A stretch of DNA of 63,102 nucleotides, counting the filler, from Chiloscyllium plagiosum (lineage: Eukaryota), in NCBI RefSeq assembly GCF_004010195.1. It is 5 parts of one record of this genome, joined end to end, with 100 filler letters (N's around TTAATTAATTAA, not from the genome) between each part and the next. Parts side by side here need not be neighbours in the genome. Positions count along the whole stretch, not along the records: positions 22,813 to 30,604 come from NC_057717.1; positions 30,705 to 38,909 come from NC_057717.1; 3 more parts are not named here. One strand, 5' to 3'. The position numbers were made by a program, and so were the translations under genes. Shown in pieces: positions 22,813 through 35,329 of this stretch. Position 1 is the first letter of the stretch. Each line of letters starts with the position of its first letter. The notes beneath the pieces are model-generated. The model was not told the DNA's origin. It ran no database searches and saw only the letters and a list, made by a program, of their open reading frames with translations.

Positions 22813-25800
22813 GGACAGGCTGGGGGCAGTGTTTGGATGGTGGTGAGGGTCAGGCTGGGGGCGGTGTGTGTACGGTGGTTAGAAACAGGCTGTGGGCGGT
22901 GTGTGGACTTTGCTGTGGGTCACGCTGGGAGTAGCATTGAGGGTCAGTGTTGGAGTGGTGTTGAACGGCGGTGAGGGTCAGGCTGTGTACGGTGGTTAGA
23001 ATCAGGCTGTGGGCGGTGTGTGGACTTTGCTGTGGGTCACGCTGGGAGTAGCATTGAGGGTCAGTGTTGGAGTGGTGTTGAACGGCGGTGAGGGTCAGGC
23101 TGGGGGCGGCGGTGAGTGTCAGGATGGGGTCAGAGAATGGACATCGGTGAGGCTCAGGCTGGGGGTGGCATTGATGTCGGGATGGGATCGGAGTATGGAC
23201 ATCGGTGAGTCTCATGCTGGAGGCGGTGTGTGGACGGTGGTGAGGGTCAGGCTGGAGGCGGTGTGTGGACGGTGTTGAGGGTCATGCTGGAGGCGGTGTG
23301 TGGGCGGTTGTGAGGTTCAGGCTGGAGGCGGTGTGTGGACGGTGGTGAATCTCAGGCTGGGGGCGGTGTGTGGACGGTGGTGAGAGTCAGGCTGGAGGCG
23401 GTGTGTGGCCAGTGGTAAGGGTCAGGATGGGGGCAGTGTGTGCCCGACGGTGAGGATCAAGCAGGGGTCGGTGTGTGGATGGTGGTGAGGGTCTGGCTGG
23501 GGTTGGTGTGTGGATAGTGGTGAGCGTCAGGCTGGGGCTGGCGTGTGGCTGGCTGAGTGGGTCAGGCTGTGGGCGGTTTATGGATGGTAGTAAGGGTCAG
23601 GCTGAGCTGAGGTGGTGTGTGGACGTTATTGTGTATCAGGCTTGGGGCGGCATATGGACGTGTTTGAGAGTCAGGCTGTAGGTGGCGTGTGGGTGGCGGT
23701 GAGGGTCAAGCTGGAGGCGGTGTGTGGCCAGTGGTAAGGGTCAGGATGGGGGTGGTGTGTGCCCGATGGTGAGGGTCAAGCAGGGGGCGGTGTGTGGATG
23801 GTGGTGAGGGTCTGGCTGGGGTCGGTGTGTGGATAGTGGTGAGCATCAGGCTGGGGCTGGCGTGTGGCTGGCTGAGACGGTCAGGCTGTGGGCGGTTTAT
23901 GGACGGTAGTAAGGGTCAGGCTGGGCGCAGTGTGTGGACGGTGCTGAAGTTCCGGCCTGGGGTGGTGTGTGGACGTTACTGTGTATCAGGCTGGGGGCGG
24001 CGTATGGACGTGTTTGAGGGTCAGGCTGTAGGTGGCGTGTGGGTGGCAGTGAGGTTCAGGCTGGGGGTGGCGTGTTGGTGGCATGTTGGTGGCGGCGAGG
24101 GTCAGGTTGTTGGTGGTGGGTGGACGGCAATGAGGGTCAGGCTGGCGGCAATGTGTTGACGATGGTGAGGGTCAGGCTGGGAGCGATGTTGAATGGCGGT
24201 GAGAGTCAGGCTGGGGGTGGTGTTGAACGATGGTGAGGGTCAGGCTGGGGGTGGTGTGGTGGTGGCAGTGAGGGTCAGGCTGGGGGCGGCATGTGGGCGG
24301 CGGTGAGGGTCATGCAGGAGGAGGTGTGAGAACGGCAGTGAGTGTCAGGCTGGGGGCGGTGACTGGATGGTGGTAAGGGTCAGTCTGGGGTCATTGTGGG
24401 TCAGGTTGGGGCCGGTGTGAAACGGTGTTGGGGAGTTAGGCTGGGGGCGGTGAGGGTCAGGTTGGGGACGGTGAGTGCACAGCGTTGAGGTTCAGGCTGA
24501 ATGCCATGTGTGGACGACAGTAAGGGTCAGACTGTGGGCCGTGATTGATGACGGTGATGGTCAGGCTGGGAGGTGGTGTTGGACGGTGTTGGGAGTCAGG
24601 CTGGGGCCGGTGAGTGTCAGGTTGGGGGCGGTGTGTAGACAGCGTTAAGATTGAGGCTGAAGGCCATGTGTGGACGACAGTGAGAGTCAGGCAGTGGGAC
24701 GTGATTAACGATGGTGAGGGTCAGTCTGTGGGCAGTGAGTGGGCGGCAGTGACGGTCACGCTGTGGGCAGTGAGGGTCAGACTGGTGGACTGAGGTGAGG
24801 GTGAGGCTGGGGTCGGAGTGTGGACGTCGATGAGGGTCAGGCTGGGTGCGGTGCGTGGATGTTGGTGAGGGTCAGGCTGGGGGCAGTGTGTGGACGTTGG
24901 TGAGGGTCAGATTAGGGGAGGTGTGTGGATGGCAGTGAGGGTCCAACAGAGGGCGGTGTGTGGATTGCAGTAATGGTCAGGCTGGGGCCGGTGTTGGACG
25001 TCGGTGAGATTCAGACTTTGGGTGGTATGTGGACGGCGGTCGGGGTCAGGCTGGTGGCGGAGTGTCGACGTCAGTGAGGGTTAGGCTGGGGGCGGTGTGT
25101 GAACGGCGGTGAGGGTCAGGCTGGGGGCAGTGTGTGGACGATGGTGAGGGTCAGGCTGGGGAGTTGTTGAATGGTGGTGAGGGGATGGTATGTGGACGGC
25201 GGTGGGGGTCAGGCTGGGGGCGGTTTGTGATCGGCGGTGAGGGTCAGGCTGGGGGCAGTGTGTGGCTGGCTGAGAGGTTCAGGCTTGGGCTGGTGTGTGG
25301 ACGGCGGTGAGGTTCAGGCTGGGGGTGGTGTGTGGATGGTGGTGAGAGTCAGGTTGGGGGCGGTCTGTCCACGGTGGTGAGGGTCAGGTTGGGGGCGGTC
25401 TGTCCACGGTGGTGAGGGTCAGGCTGGGGTTGGTTTGTGGACGGTGGTTTGTGTCAAGCTGGGGGCGGCGTGTGGACGTCGCAGTGGGTCACGCAGTGAG
25501 CAACAGTGAAGGTCAGGCTTGGAGCGGTTTTCAACAGCAGTGAGGATCAGGCTGGGGGTAGTTAGGGTCAGGCTGGGGTCGGTGTAGAACGGCAGTGAGG
25601 GTCAGGTTGGGAGCGGTGTTGAACGTTGGTGATGTTCAGGCTGGGGGCAGTATGTGGACCCCGGTGGGGATCAGGCTGGGGAGGTGTGTGGACATCAGTG
25701 AGGTAAAGCCTGGGGGCGATATTGAATGGCTGTGAGCATCAGGCTGGGGACGGCAGTGAGGGTAAGGATGGGAGGGGTTTGCGGACGTTGGTGAGGCTCA

Positions 25801-26930
25801 GGCTGAGATCGGTGTTGAACAGCGGTGAGGTTCAAGCTGGGGGTGGTGTGTGGATGACAGTGCGGGTCAGGCTGGCGGTGTTGTGTTGACGGCGGTGAGG
25901 GTCAGGCTGGGAGCGATGTTGAATTGCGGTGAGGGTCAGGCTAGGGGTGGCGTGTTGGTGGCAGTGAGGGTCAGGCTGGGGGTGGCATGTGGGCGGCGGT
26001 GAGAGTCAAGCTGGTGGCAATGTGTTGATGACAGTGAGTGTCATGCTGGGAGCGATGTTGAACAGCAGTGAGGGTCAGGCTGTGGGCAGTGTTAAACGAT
26101 GGTGAGGGTCAAACTGGGGATGGTGTGTTGGTAGCAGCGAGGGTCAGGCTGGAAGCGATGTTGAACAGCGGTGAGGGTCAGGCTGGGAGCGATGTTGAAC
26201 AGCGGTGAGTGTCAGGCTTGGGGTGGTGTGGAACGATGGTGAGGGTCAGGCTGGGGGTGGTGTGGTGGTGCCAGTGAGGGACAGGCTGGGAGTGATGTTG
26301 AACAGCGGTGAGGGTCAGGCCTGGGGCAGTGTTGAACGACGGTGAGGTTCAGGCTGGGGGCGGTGTGTGGATGGCGGTGAGGGTCAGGCTGGGGGCGGTG
26401 TATGAACGGCAGTGAGGGTCAGGCTTGGGACAGTGTGTGGACATCGGTGAGGGTCAGGCTGGGTGGTAAGGGTCAGGCTGAGGGCGGTGTGTGGACGACA
26501 GTGAGGTTCAGGAAATGGGGCGGTAATGAATGGCGGTGAGGGTCAGGCAAAGGGCGGTGGTTTGGGTCAGGCTAGGGGCCATGTGCAGACGTTGGTGAGG
26601 TTCAGGCTGGGGGCGGTTTTGAACGGCAGTGAGGGTCAGGCTGTGGGTGGTGTGTGGACGGCAGTTTGGGAGAGACTGGGGTCGGTGTTTGGATGACAAT
26701 GGGGGTCAGGTTGGAGGTGGTATGTGGGCGGCGTTGGGGATAATGCTGGGGGAGTGTTGGACAGTCGTGAAGGTCAGGCTGGGGCCGGTCTGTGGGCGGC
26801 AGTGAGGGTCAGGCTGGGGACGGTGTGTGGGCGGCAGTGAGAGTCAGGCTGGGGTCGGTGTTGGATGCCAGTGAGGGTCAGGCTGGGGGCGTTTTTGGAC
26901 GGTGGTGGGGACCTGGCAGGGTGTGGCATT
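22813..26930 (+). repeat. G-rich 35-bp minisatellite (~115 degenerate units)
   Basis: Unit approximately GGCGGTGAGGGTCAGGCTGGGGGCGGTGTGTGGAC; for example, GGCTGGG at 25084 and 25119. Confidence 0.93.
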
Positions 26931-26957
26931 GGACATTATGGAGTTGCCATTATGACA

Positions 26958-27135
26958 GATTGGCCATGTTAAATTTTCCATTGTGTCAAGGGACATTCGG
27001 GTTAGCTGGAATAGCCACAGGAAATGCAGGGTTTCAGGGATATCATTGGGGGAGTGGGTCTGAGTTGGATTCTCTTGGGAGGGTCATTGTGGACTCAATG
27101 GGCCGAAGGGCCTGATTCTGTTCTGTCAAGATTTT
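26958..27135 (+). mobile_element. SINE 3' fragment
   Basis: GATTGGCCATGTTAAATT...GTGGACTCAATGGGCCGAAGGGCCTG. Confidence 0.6.
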
Positions 27136-27752
27136 ATGATATCACTTCTCAGCCATAAAACCATTTTTTGACCAATGTACACTGTGGCTTTTGCACAGAC
27201 AGCTGGCTACTCTGACAACAAGCATAATCAGCTTTTAAAATTAGGTTTGTAATTTATTGCATAAACGTCTTTACATTCAAGTGGACGAGTTGGGGGAAAT
27301 GTCATAACCTCCTGGCTAAATCACAGAGAGACAGCCAAGGTTTATTGGCCAAGGAAATCTCCCAAATCACAAAACCCGCACACCAGGCACAGCGCAAACA
27401 CAGCTTAATGTACAAGGCAACAGTTATTCTGGACAGACGTATCTACCAAACAAAGGAGGGCCCAGGCAGGAAGGCACCGAGTCCTGCTACACAAGTAAAC
27501 TAACAGCAACAAGCTATCCAAGTAATTGGCAATGCTTCAGACTATTAACGGATTCTCCTAATTGGCCAGAACGATAGAAAGTTCCGGAAAACCATCCAGA
27601 ACCGAACAAAAACAGGGTTTATCTGCAGACTGATTGCCTGAATCTCTGGAGGCCTTCTGAGGATACCAGCATGGCAAGAGACAGAGACCATCTGACGATC
27701 CAGAGAGAGGGAGGGCGAGAGAAAACAGTTTCGCAGACCCTGAGGCAGAACC

Positions 27753-27800
<48 letters not shown>
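27753..27800 (+). repeat. (GA)n(GACA)n compound microsatellite
   Basis: Direct inspection of the sequence. Confidence 0.9.
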
Positions 27801-28317
27801 GCTGAAGCAAAACCCAGGAGCATGGGAGAGGGAATGTAAAAAACTATCGAGAGAGAGTTGGAACCAACTGGAATAACGAGTGTCAACCCTTCAGTCTGTC
27901 CATTTTGTACTCCTGTTTGTCTCAGTCTGACTTCCCCTTCTCTCCCTCTCTCTGTCCTCTCTCCCTCTGCCTTTCTGTCTCTCTCTCTGTCTGTCTTTCC
28001 CTCACTCTCTCCCTCTCCCTGTCTCTCTCTGCCCATCTTTCTCCTATCCCCCTTCTCCATCCCCACTCTCTCGATCTCTCTCTCTCTCTTTCTCACCCTC
28101 CCTTTCTGTTATTCACTATTTCAGACCTGAAAGATCTCATCCAATTTTGAACCCCCTCAAAAATACAATGCCCCTCATTTTCACTCTCCTCCCAAATAAC
28201 TCCTTCATATATCTTCCCTCCCATATAATTGCCCCACCAAATATTTTGCAGCGCCCCCCCCCCCCAACATTGCTGTGAGCCTCACTCCCTGGGGCAGAGG
28301 GAAATGAGTGGAAAGGT

Positions 28318-28440
28318 GTGGAGCTGGAAAAGCCTAGCAGGTCAGGCCTGAACCATCGACTCTCCTTCCTGACCTGCTGTGCTTCCCCAGCTCCACTCTT
28401 TGTGACTCTGACTCTCAAGCAACTGCAGTCCTCACTTTCT
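28318..28440. mobile_element. Penelope-pLTR-derived short inverted repeat
   Basis: GTGGAGCTGGAAAAGCCTAGCAGGTCAGG pairs with CCTGACCTGCTGTGCTTCCCCAGCTCCAC (28318-28396), followed by the pLTR tail. Confidence 0.6.
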
Positions 28441-30027
28441 CACACCGGTAAATGAGTCTGGGTTGACTGACTGGCCTGTGGCTGTTTAAATGCACAGCAA
28501 GATCCCAGTCCCAGAATTACAGAAGGTTTGCAACACAGATGGAGTCCTTTCGGCCCATTCCCCCTCCCCCATTAAATGATCTTGGTCCTGTTCAGGATCC
28601 TCAGGATTGGCCCCTGAATGGCCTCACTGGCTGTCCTTTCTGTGGAGAGCTCTTCTCTGTCCTGTCTCAGACTTTGCGTATCATACTATCCCTCCCTCAA
28701 TTTCTCTCTCTCTGACAACAGACCCTCCTTTCTCCACAAGCCCCAAAACCCCATCAAACACTCCTCCTGTCTCTGGCTGTCCAACTCCCTCCTTGTCACC
28801 CACTCCCCCACTTCCCATGTAGACCCACAGCTCCTGGGCTGGAGGACATGGTGCAGCGTCGAACATAGCAAGATCCCACTCTGCAACCATTCCCCAGCCA
28901 CACACTGTCCTTCTCCCTCCGTATGTGTCCTTCTTCCTCTCCCTGTCTCTCTCACTCTGTCCTTCTCTCACTCACTCCGTCTCCCTGTCTCTCATTGCTC
29001 ATCTCTCTCTCTCCTCAGTTTCTCCAGCCCCACTCTCTCCATGTCTCTTTCTCTCTTTTTGTCACCCTCTCCTTCTCTTTTCCTTGATTTCAGACCCAAT
29101 GAGAAAAGTAATTTATGTCCCTTACACTCACCCCCTCCCCACAGTCGGGGTAAACCCGGAAGAGACCAGGAAAAGGTTGATCTCCCGCATTAACTGTACT
29201 GCATCCAGCGACACAGAGGCAAACTCTTCCCAATGTACCTTCCCCAGTCACTGGGACAGAGCAGAGGGGTCCAGGGAGAAAGAGAGATGAACAGACAGAC
29301 AGTGAAATGGAGGGAGAGAACAAGAGAAAAATCGGCAGACACAGGGAGGGAGAGAAAGTGAGAAGAACTGAAAGAGAGCAGGAGAGAGGCAGAGAGAGAG
29401 AGAAAGGGAGTGAGAAAGAGTAAAAACCCTGGAAGAGAAATACAATGTCAGACAGATTGAAGGTGAAAAGGGGGAGGCAAAGACAGCGAGACAAGGTCAG
29501 ATAGACAGCAAGAGAGAAAACCTAGGGTGAGATATAGGACAGAGAGAGAGAGAGGAGTTGCAGCAGCAGAGAGATAGAGCTGAGAGAGTTAGGTGGTGGT
29601 GGAGGGGGGTCTGCTGCGATGCAGCGAGAATGATGTACAGACAAAAATAGCAAGTTCCCACAGAGCTAAGAGAAAGATGCAGAGAAAGGTGAGCAAGGTG
29701 TTGGTTTTGTGAAAGATTGAATGATTACGCATTCCTGATAAACATGATGGGGTGACAAAGGAGCAGATTTTTGTAATAAGGGAATCTACAGTGAAATGTC
29801 AACAGGGCAGAGATGTGAAGAATGTTGAGAGAGAGGAATTTAAGGAAAGATGTGGGAAAGACAGCTGGGAACACAGAAATAGACATGAGAGCTCTCATGG
29901 GAGTGGGAAGCAGTGAGATCGGTGGGATCAGACTGTGCAGCTGCCCTCTCTAGCATTTTGCGCCTTTGTCTCTCCTCCGTTTAGAGCTCGCCCCTTGTGG
30001 TAATATTCCCATAAACAGCCTGAATTC

Positions 30028-30028
<1 letters not shown>

Positions 30029-30100
<72 letters not shown>
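30029..30100 (+). repeat. (TG)n microsatellite
   Basis: About 36 perfect TG units. Confidence 0.97.
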
Positions 30101-30102
<2 letters not shown>

Positions 30103-30704
30103 CACTCTCTCTGGTTCCAGTACCTGTCTGATGATTCCTCATGGCGGAATAATTTGATTCTCTCTGTCTTTGTAGAGTCCTGGTTTCAGCTCCCAAATCA
30201 AATGCTAAACCATTTACAATCCTATTGAATAGCAGAGCAGGCTCAAAGGACCGAATGGTGCCCTCCTGTTCCTATTTCGGATGGTCTTATGTTCTTAATG
30301 CTATCTCCCAGCTCTTGAACCCCACACTGGAGGTTATAACTACACAAGGGCCTGATCTGAAGAGGGCTGCACTCTTCCCTGAGTCTCGGAGGGAACCAGC
30401 CTGATTTGGATTGGACTTGCAGCCTCTCAGTGAGAAGTGAAATCTCCTTGAGGTTCCCCTAAGTCTCTCACTGTAAGGTGGAGCAGGCCAGTCTCGGGGA
30501 AGCAAACAGCAGGCCAGATGTGCTCTGTCCCTCCAGCTCCATTTCAGAAGGCCACATGGGAGGGGCTTGTTTCCTTCATCAGCTTCCCGTGCTCTCCCTT
30601 CTGGNNNNNNNNNNNNNNNNNNNNNNNNNNNNNNNNNNNNNNNNNNNNTTAATTAATTAANNNNNNNNNNNNNNNNNNNNNNNNNNNNNNNNNNNNNNNN
30701 NNNN

Positions 30705-31790
30705 ATCAACTCCTATGTCACTCAACCTTCCAGCATGATCCCTTTTTGAGTTTTCTGCCTCATTGATACAATTGTCTTTCTTGACTTCCCTTGTTCTAAC
30801 TTTCCCTTCAATTTACTTCTTAAACATCCAGTTTGTCCCCTCCCCCCCGCCCCCCGCTACTTAATTTAAACATAGCTGTGTTGCAGTAGCAAACCTGCCT
30901 GCCAGAATGCTGGTCCCTCACCTATTAAGGTGCAAACCGTCTCTCTTGTATAATTTCTGCTTACCACAAAACATACCCCAGTGATCCAAGAATTTAAATC
31001 CTTGCTTCCTGCACCAATTTCCCAGCCACACGTTCAAGTCCATTGTCTCCCTGTTTCTGGCATCTCCAGCCCGAGGAACTGGAAGCAAACCGGAGATAAC
31101 CACCCTGGATGTCCTGCTTTTCAGCCTTCTTCCGAGTTCTCCGAAGTCCCGCTGTAGTATGTTCCACCTCTTCTTCCCGACATCATTTGTGCCGACATGT
31201 ACCACCGCCTCTGGCTCTTCATCTTCGTCCTTGAGGATTTCCTGCACTCTCTCTGTGATGTCTTTAACCCTGGTACCAGGAAGGCAACACGCCATCCTTA
31301 GGTTCCGTCTGCTGTCACAAAAATCATGGTCAGTTCCTCTCACTATGGAGTCCCCTCTTACCAGGCTCTGTGTGATGTCCGACTCTTCCGCTGCGCCTCC
31401 ACGCCAACTTTTGATTGACAGACATGGCCGCATCGTGGCCTGGCAGTGTCATCTGTCTCTACTGTTTCCAAAAGATTCAACTTGTTTCCGACAGGAACTT
31501 CCCCCAGGGTCTCTTGCACCCCGGGGTCTCCTCTCCGCCTTCCTCATCGTCTGCTCTCCTGCTGTTTTCTGGTATGGTCGGTGTAATAACCTCGCTGAAG
31601 GTCTTGTCCAGAAAGATCTTGTTCTCTCGTGTCAGCCTAAGGTTCTCGAGTTCTTTCATCAGTGTTGCAATATGCTCTGTCAGTAGCTGAACGTGAACAC
31701 ATTTTTCCACACTTAAACGAGCCAGACAGAGCAGAATCGTTGACCTCCCACATCAAGCACATAGCACACTGAACTTGGCAGTCATGTCTT
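30705..31790 (-). mobile_element. CR1-type LINE 5' region: ORF1 with coiled coil and SGNH esterase domain (disrupted)
   Basis: GDSIVRG (block I), VHVGTND (block III) and DGLHL (block V). Upstream lies the coiled coil LLTEHIATLMKELENLRL. There is an in-frame TGA at 30918-20, and the natural TAA is at 30861-63. Confidence 0.85.
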
Positions 31791-31843
31791 CACCCTCTTC
31801 AACTGTGGCGTAATCACTTCACTCAAACTCCTTGTCAAAGACT

Positions 31844-32400
31844 CGTTTCAGGCATAAGTCCTTCATCAGGAAAGCGAGAGGTAAGGGAGGTGGAAGGGGC
31901 TGAGAAATAAATAGGATGGTGGAGGTGGAGGTGGGTGAAGGGTAGCTTGGAAGGCGATAGGTAGATGTAGGCGGGGTCTGATGGTGATAGGTCAGAGGGG
32001 AGGGTGAAGTGGATAGGTGGTAGGACAGCTGAAACCGTCAAACTATACAGCATCAATGTTGACTTCAGCAATTTCCAAAGTGCCCTTCCCTCAACCTCAT
32101 CCCAGATCCAACCATTCAAATTAGCACTGCCCTCTTTAACTGCCCTAACTGTCCATCTTCCTTTCCACCTGTCCACTCCACGCTCCCCTCTGACATTTCA
32201 CGTATACTCCCACCTACATCTTCCCATCGCCCTCCCAGTGACCCTCCTGCCAGCCCAGCTTCTACCCTCGTATTTATCTGTCAGCCCCCTTGTTCCCCCG
32301 CCACATTCCTGACGATGGGTTTATGCCTGATACGTCGATTGTCCTGCTCTTCGGATGCTGCCTGAACTGTTGTGCCTTTTCGGCTCCTCACTTCTCAACT
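31844..32400. mobile_element. Inverted pair of Penelope-like pLTR fragments with decayed hammerheads (31844-31872 minus; 32304-32341 plus)
   Basis: Minus strand CTGATGAAGGACTTATGCCTGAAACG (truncated); plus strand CTGACGATGGGTTTATGCCTGATACGTCG. Confidence 0.7.
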
Positions 32401-34249
32401 ATTAGAAACTGAACAGATCCCGCATCTTGCAAAATTATAACTTCTTGTCCTCCCCCCACACCCCATTTCTTTCTTCGTAAGGTTTACCTACAGAGGCGAA
32501 TTCTTTATAGAGATCAGGCACTGATTCCATACACAGCCCCTGTCTAGGCTGTGCACTCTCCTGCAGCTCCTCGGCTCTACTTGGGGTCTCCTTTACCTGA
32601 TTCACTAATACCACTGGCTTAAACTCTTTTACCACATCTTTTCCCAAAATGCCTTCCTTCAATGCCCAGCACTGTGTGTCCCAGCTTACTGCAGTGAAAA
32701 CACCTTTTCCCAGTGCCCTTCTTAAACCATCAGCACTGTAATTTTATGTGTTCCGCTCCGTTATAGTGAGAACACCTGAGGCCTTTCACCACCTTTCAAC
32801 CCCCTTGGGCTTCTTTTCCACCGTGGTAAACTATTGCCAGTGTGCTTTACTCTATGTTTTGTCGTGTAGGATCTCCCCTTCCCCCAATTTCTATCCCTCA
32901 CAGTATGAAAATCCTCCTAGAAGCTAAATTTCATCTCATGCACCAATGCATATTTACCTGCCATTTCTGCTGCGCTTCTCACTTCTTGAACTTCCTGTTC
33001 ATTCACATGAATTCTTACCATCTCTGGAAGTGAGTCTCCGGCAGAATAATCTCCCTTCGAGCCTCACAGGTCTTATCCATTTTTAAGGCCTGCACCTATC
33101 TATCAAAATGACTGTGTTTAATTCTTTCAAACTCAATATAAATCTGACCTGGTTCCGTCTCTATATTTCAACAAGTCCACACCGACCCGCCGAAGCGCAA
33201 CCCACCCATACCCCTACATTTACCCCTTACCTAACACTACGGGCAATTTAGCATGGCCAATTCACCTGACCTGCATATCTTTGGACTGTGGGAGGAAACC
33301 GGAGCACCCGGAGGAAACCCACGCAGACAAGGGAGAACGTGCAAACTCCACACAGTCAGTCGCCTGAGGCGGGAATTGAACCCGGGTCTCTGGCGCTGTG
33401 AGGCAGCAGTGCTAACCACTGTGCCACCGTGCCGCCCACAAAGGTTAAACATGCCATCTGCCGAGCCAATTTCGCAAATGAAATAAAAACGGTTTTGGAA
33501 TTTTTCGCACCGAAATATGGCAATGTATGAACATAGTTGTATACATCCCTACGTTCTCCCTTCATCTTCATTCTGCTAATTTAACTTTCTTATCTAATTC
33601 CAAACTTCTGATTTTCAAATTTTCCCTCTCTTCCTTTTTCCTCTCTTTATCTTTCTCGATCTTCTCACTCTTTCAGTCTATCTCTTTATCTTCTTACTGC
33701 AGTTGTCATATTTGCAATTTAAGTTTTTTCGAACTCGACTGCAGTTTCCTGCTTCTCTGATACACCAAAGTGCTTGACCAACTCCATTATGATGACAGCT
33801 TTCCTTTTGTCTCTGGTGAAACCCAATTCAAATCTACATGTTAATTCTAAAAGTATGCCCTTCCTTTGTCTTTCTACACTTTCTTGGCAAATTTGGGTAC
33901 CATCTTGAAACCTCAGAACCATTTTATTAATATTAAAAGCCATTTCTTTTAAATTAACCAACCACAAGGACACAAAGTTAAATGAATTTTCTCACCTGTT
34001 TTACTTGAAGATCTAGGTCACTAACTGCCAAGTGATGGAATCTGCTGGGACCTTTTGTACCCAAAATCTGTTCAAGTCTGTCTAAATCCCATATGACAAG
34101 CCCTAAAACTGTTATAATGTCGATGTTGAACCACTCTGTTAATTAAAACCACACACCCAAAAAAGCTCAGCTCACCTCGTTATCTCTTAAAACATGAGTG
34201 ACAAAGTAGTCGCAAATTCCACGATTAAGAGTAAAATAACAATTTATAA
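32401..34249 (-). mobile_element. Gypsy element 5' part (partial 5' LTR, PBS, gag with CCHC knuckles, protease active-site remnant)
   Basis: LTR end ...TAACA at 34110, followed by a degenerate tRNA-Pro-like PBS; CFHCSKLGH knuckle; VIILQDAGSVQFL (cf. D[T/S]G) at ~32403-32441. Confidence 0.7.
33169..33438 (-). mobile_element. Young HE1-like SINE lacking its 3' tail
   Basis: Near-consensus head and core; absent from the paralog at ~55340. Confidence 0.9.
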
Positions 34250-34640
34250 GTATGTATGTTAACTCGCTGAGCTTGAAGGTTTGTTTTCTGATGTTTCGTC
34301 ACCATGACTGGGTAACATCATCAGTGAGTGTCTCTGGTGACGCATTGGTGGTTTATCGTGTCTTTCTATTTCTAGGTCTTGGTTTCTTAAGTTGAGTGAT
34401 GTCATTTCCAGTTTTTTTGCTCAAGGGAAGCTAGATAGGATCTAAATTGATGTGTGTATTGATGTACTTCTGGCTAAAATGTCATGCTTCTAAGAACTTT
34501 CGTGCGTGGCTTTGTCCTAGGAAGTGTGTGTTGTCACAGTCAACGTGGTGTCCTTTTTTTTATGTATGTATGGAAACTGGTGAGAGTGGGTCGTGTCTTT
34601 TGGTGGCCAGTTGGTGTTCATATATCCTACTAGCACGACA
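34250..34640 (-). mobile_element. Second Penelope-like family: GIY-YIG C-terminus plus pLTR
   Basis: The minus strand reads EHQLATKRHDPLSPVSIHT...HARKFLEA*HFSQKYINTHINLDP and ends in a hammerhead. Paralog at 56280-56660. Confidence 0.75.
34288..34326 (-). ncRNA. Type I hammerhead motif, family 2
   Basis: CA-CTGATGA-T-GTTACC-CAGTCAT-GGTGAC-GAAA-CATC, with a 6-bp stem II. Paralog at 56319-56357. Confidence 0.6.
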
Positions 34641-35329
34641 ACAGAACAGTCTGAAATGGAGGAAAAATGATTTTTTATACACTGTTTAATCAGTGTGTGT
34701 GCAGATAAGTAAGATTGTTCATATGTGTACAACACATTCTGAATGAACAACGGAGACACAGTTAACGAAAAATGACGCACACGATGGATAAAATGTATAA
34801 AGTATTAAAACATTATTTGATGCTCATCTGAAGTGATACCTTCCCTTTCTCTCAACGTTCCCCCTTTTCTGGGATTCCCAAATCTAGTCTCTCATTCTTA
34901 TCAGGATGTGTGTTATAAATTCATGTTTCTGGTTTCCCAAATTATTTCAGCTAATCCCCTTTCTACCAGGAATTAAATATGTTGGCCTGCTGGGTTCTTT
35001 CCAAAGCTAGTGTCTGTCATATTGTTGGAGAGAAAAGTTATGGCATCACACCCAGCATTTGAACATATTGCTCTGTTGTACGTGCACTGTTCAAAGGACC
35101 ACAGCACACAGGAATTGCCAAAATATTGAGAGAAGTATATCTACTTCTTTCGATAATATAGTTTTCTGATTTTCCACATCTCCATATCGATATCCTCTCT
35201 CTCACTCATTCTCCATTTGTATCTAGTTAAGAAATCCACCAGTCATTCTTCGTGGCCCATCTCTCAAAACTCCTTCTTTCAGTTTATACGCAATGCTTTC
35301 TTCACGATGTAATGTGGTTATAATTAAGC

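Noticed and set aside
22813..26930. Immunoglobulin switch region or telomeric array
   Set aside because: No Ig exons are nearby, AGCT motifs are sparse, and TTAGGG is only sporadic.
27140..27720. Possible LTR or first exon on the minus strand (MLVSSEGLQRFRQSVC)
   Set aside because: No clear splice donor, terminal dinucleotides, TSD or recognisable homology; support is insufficient.
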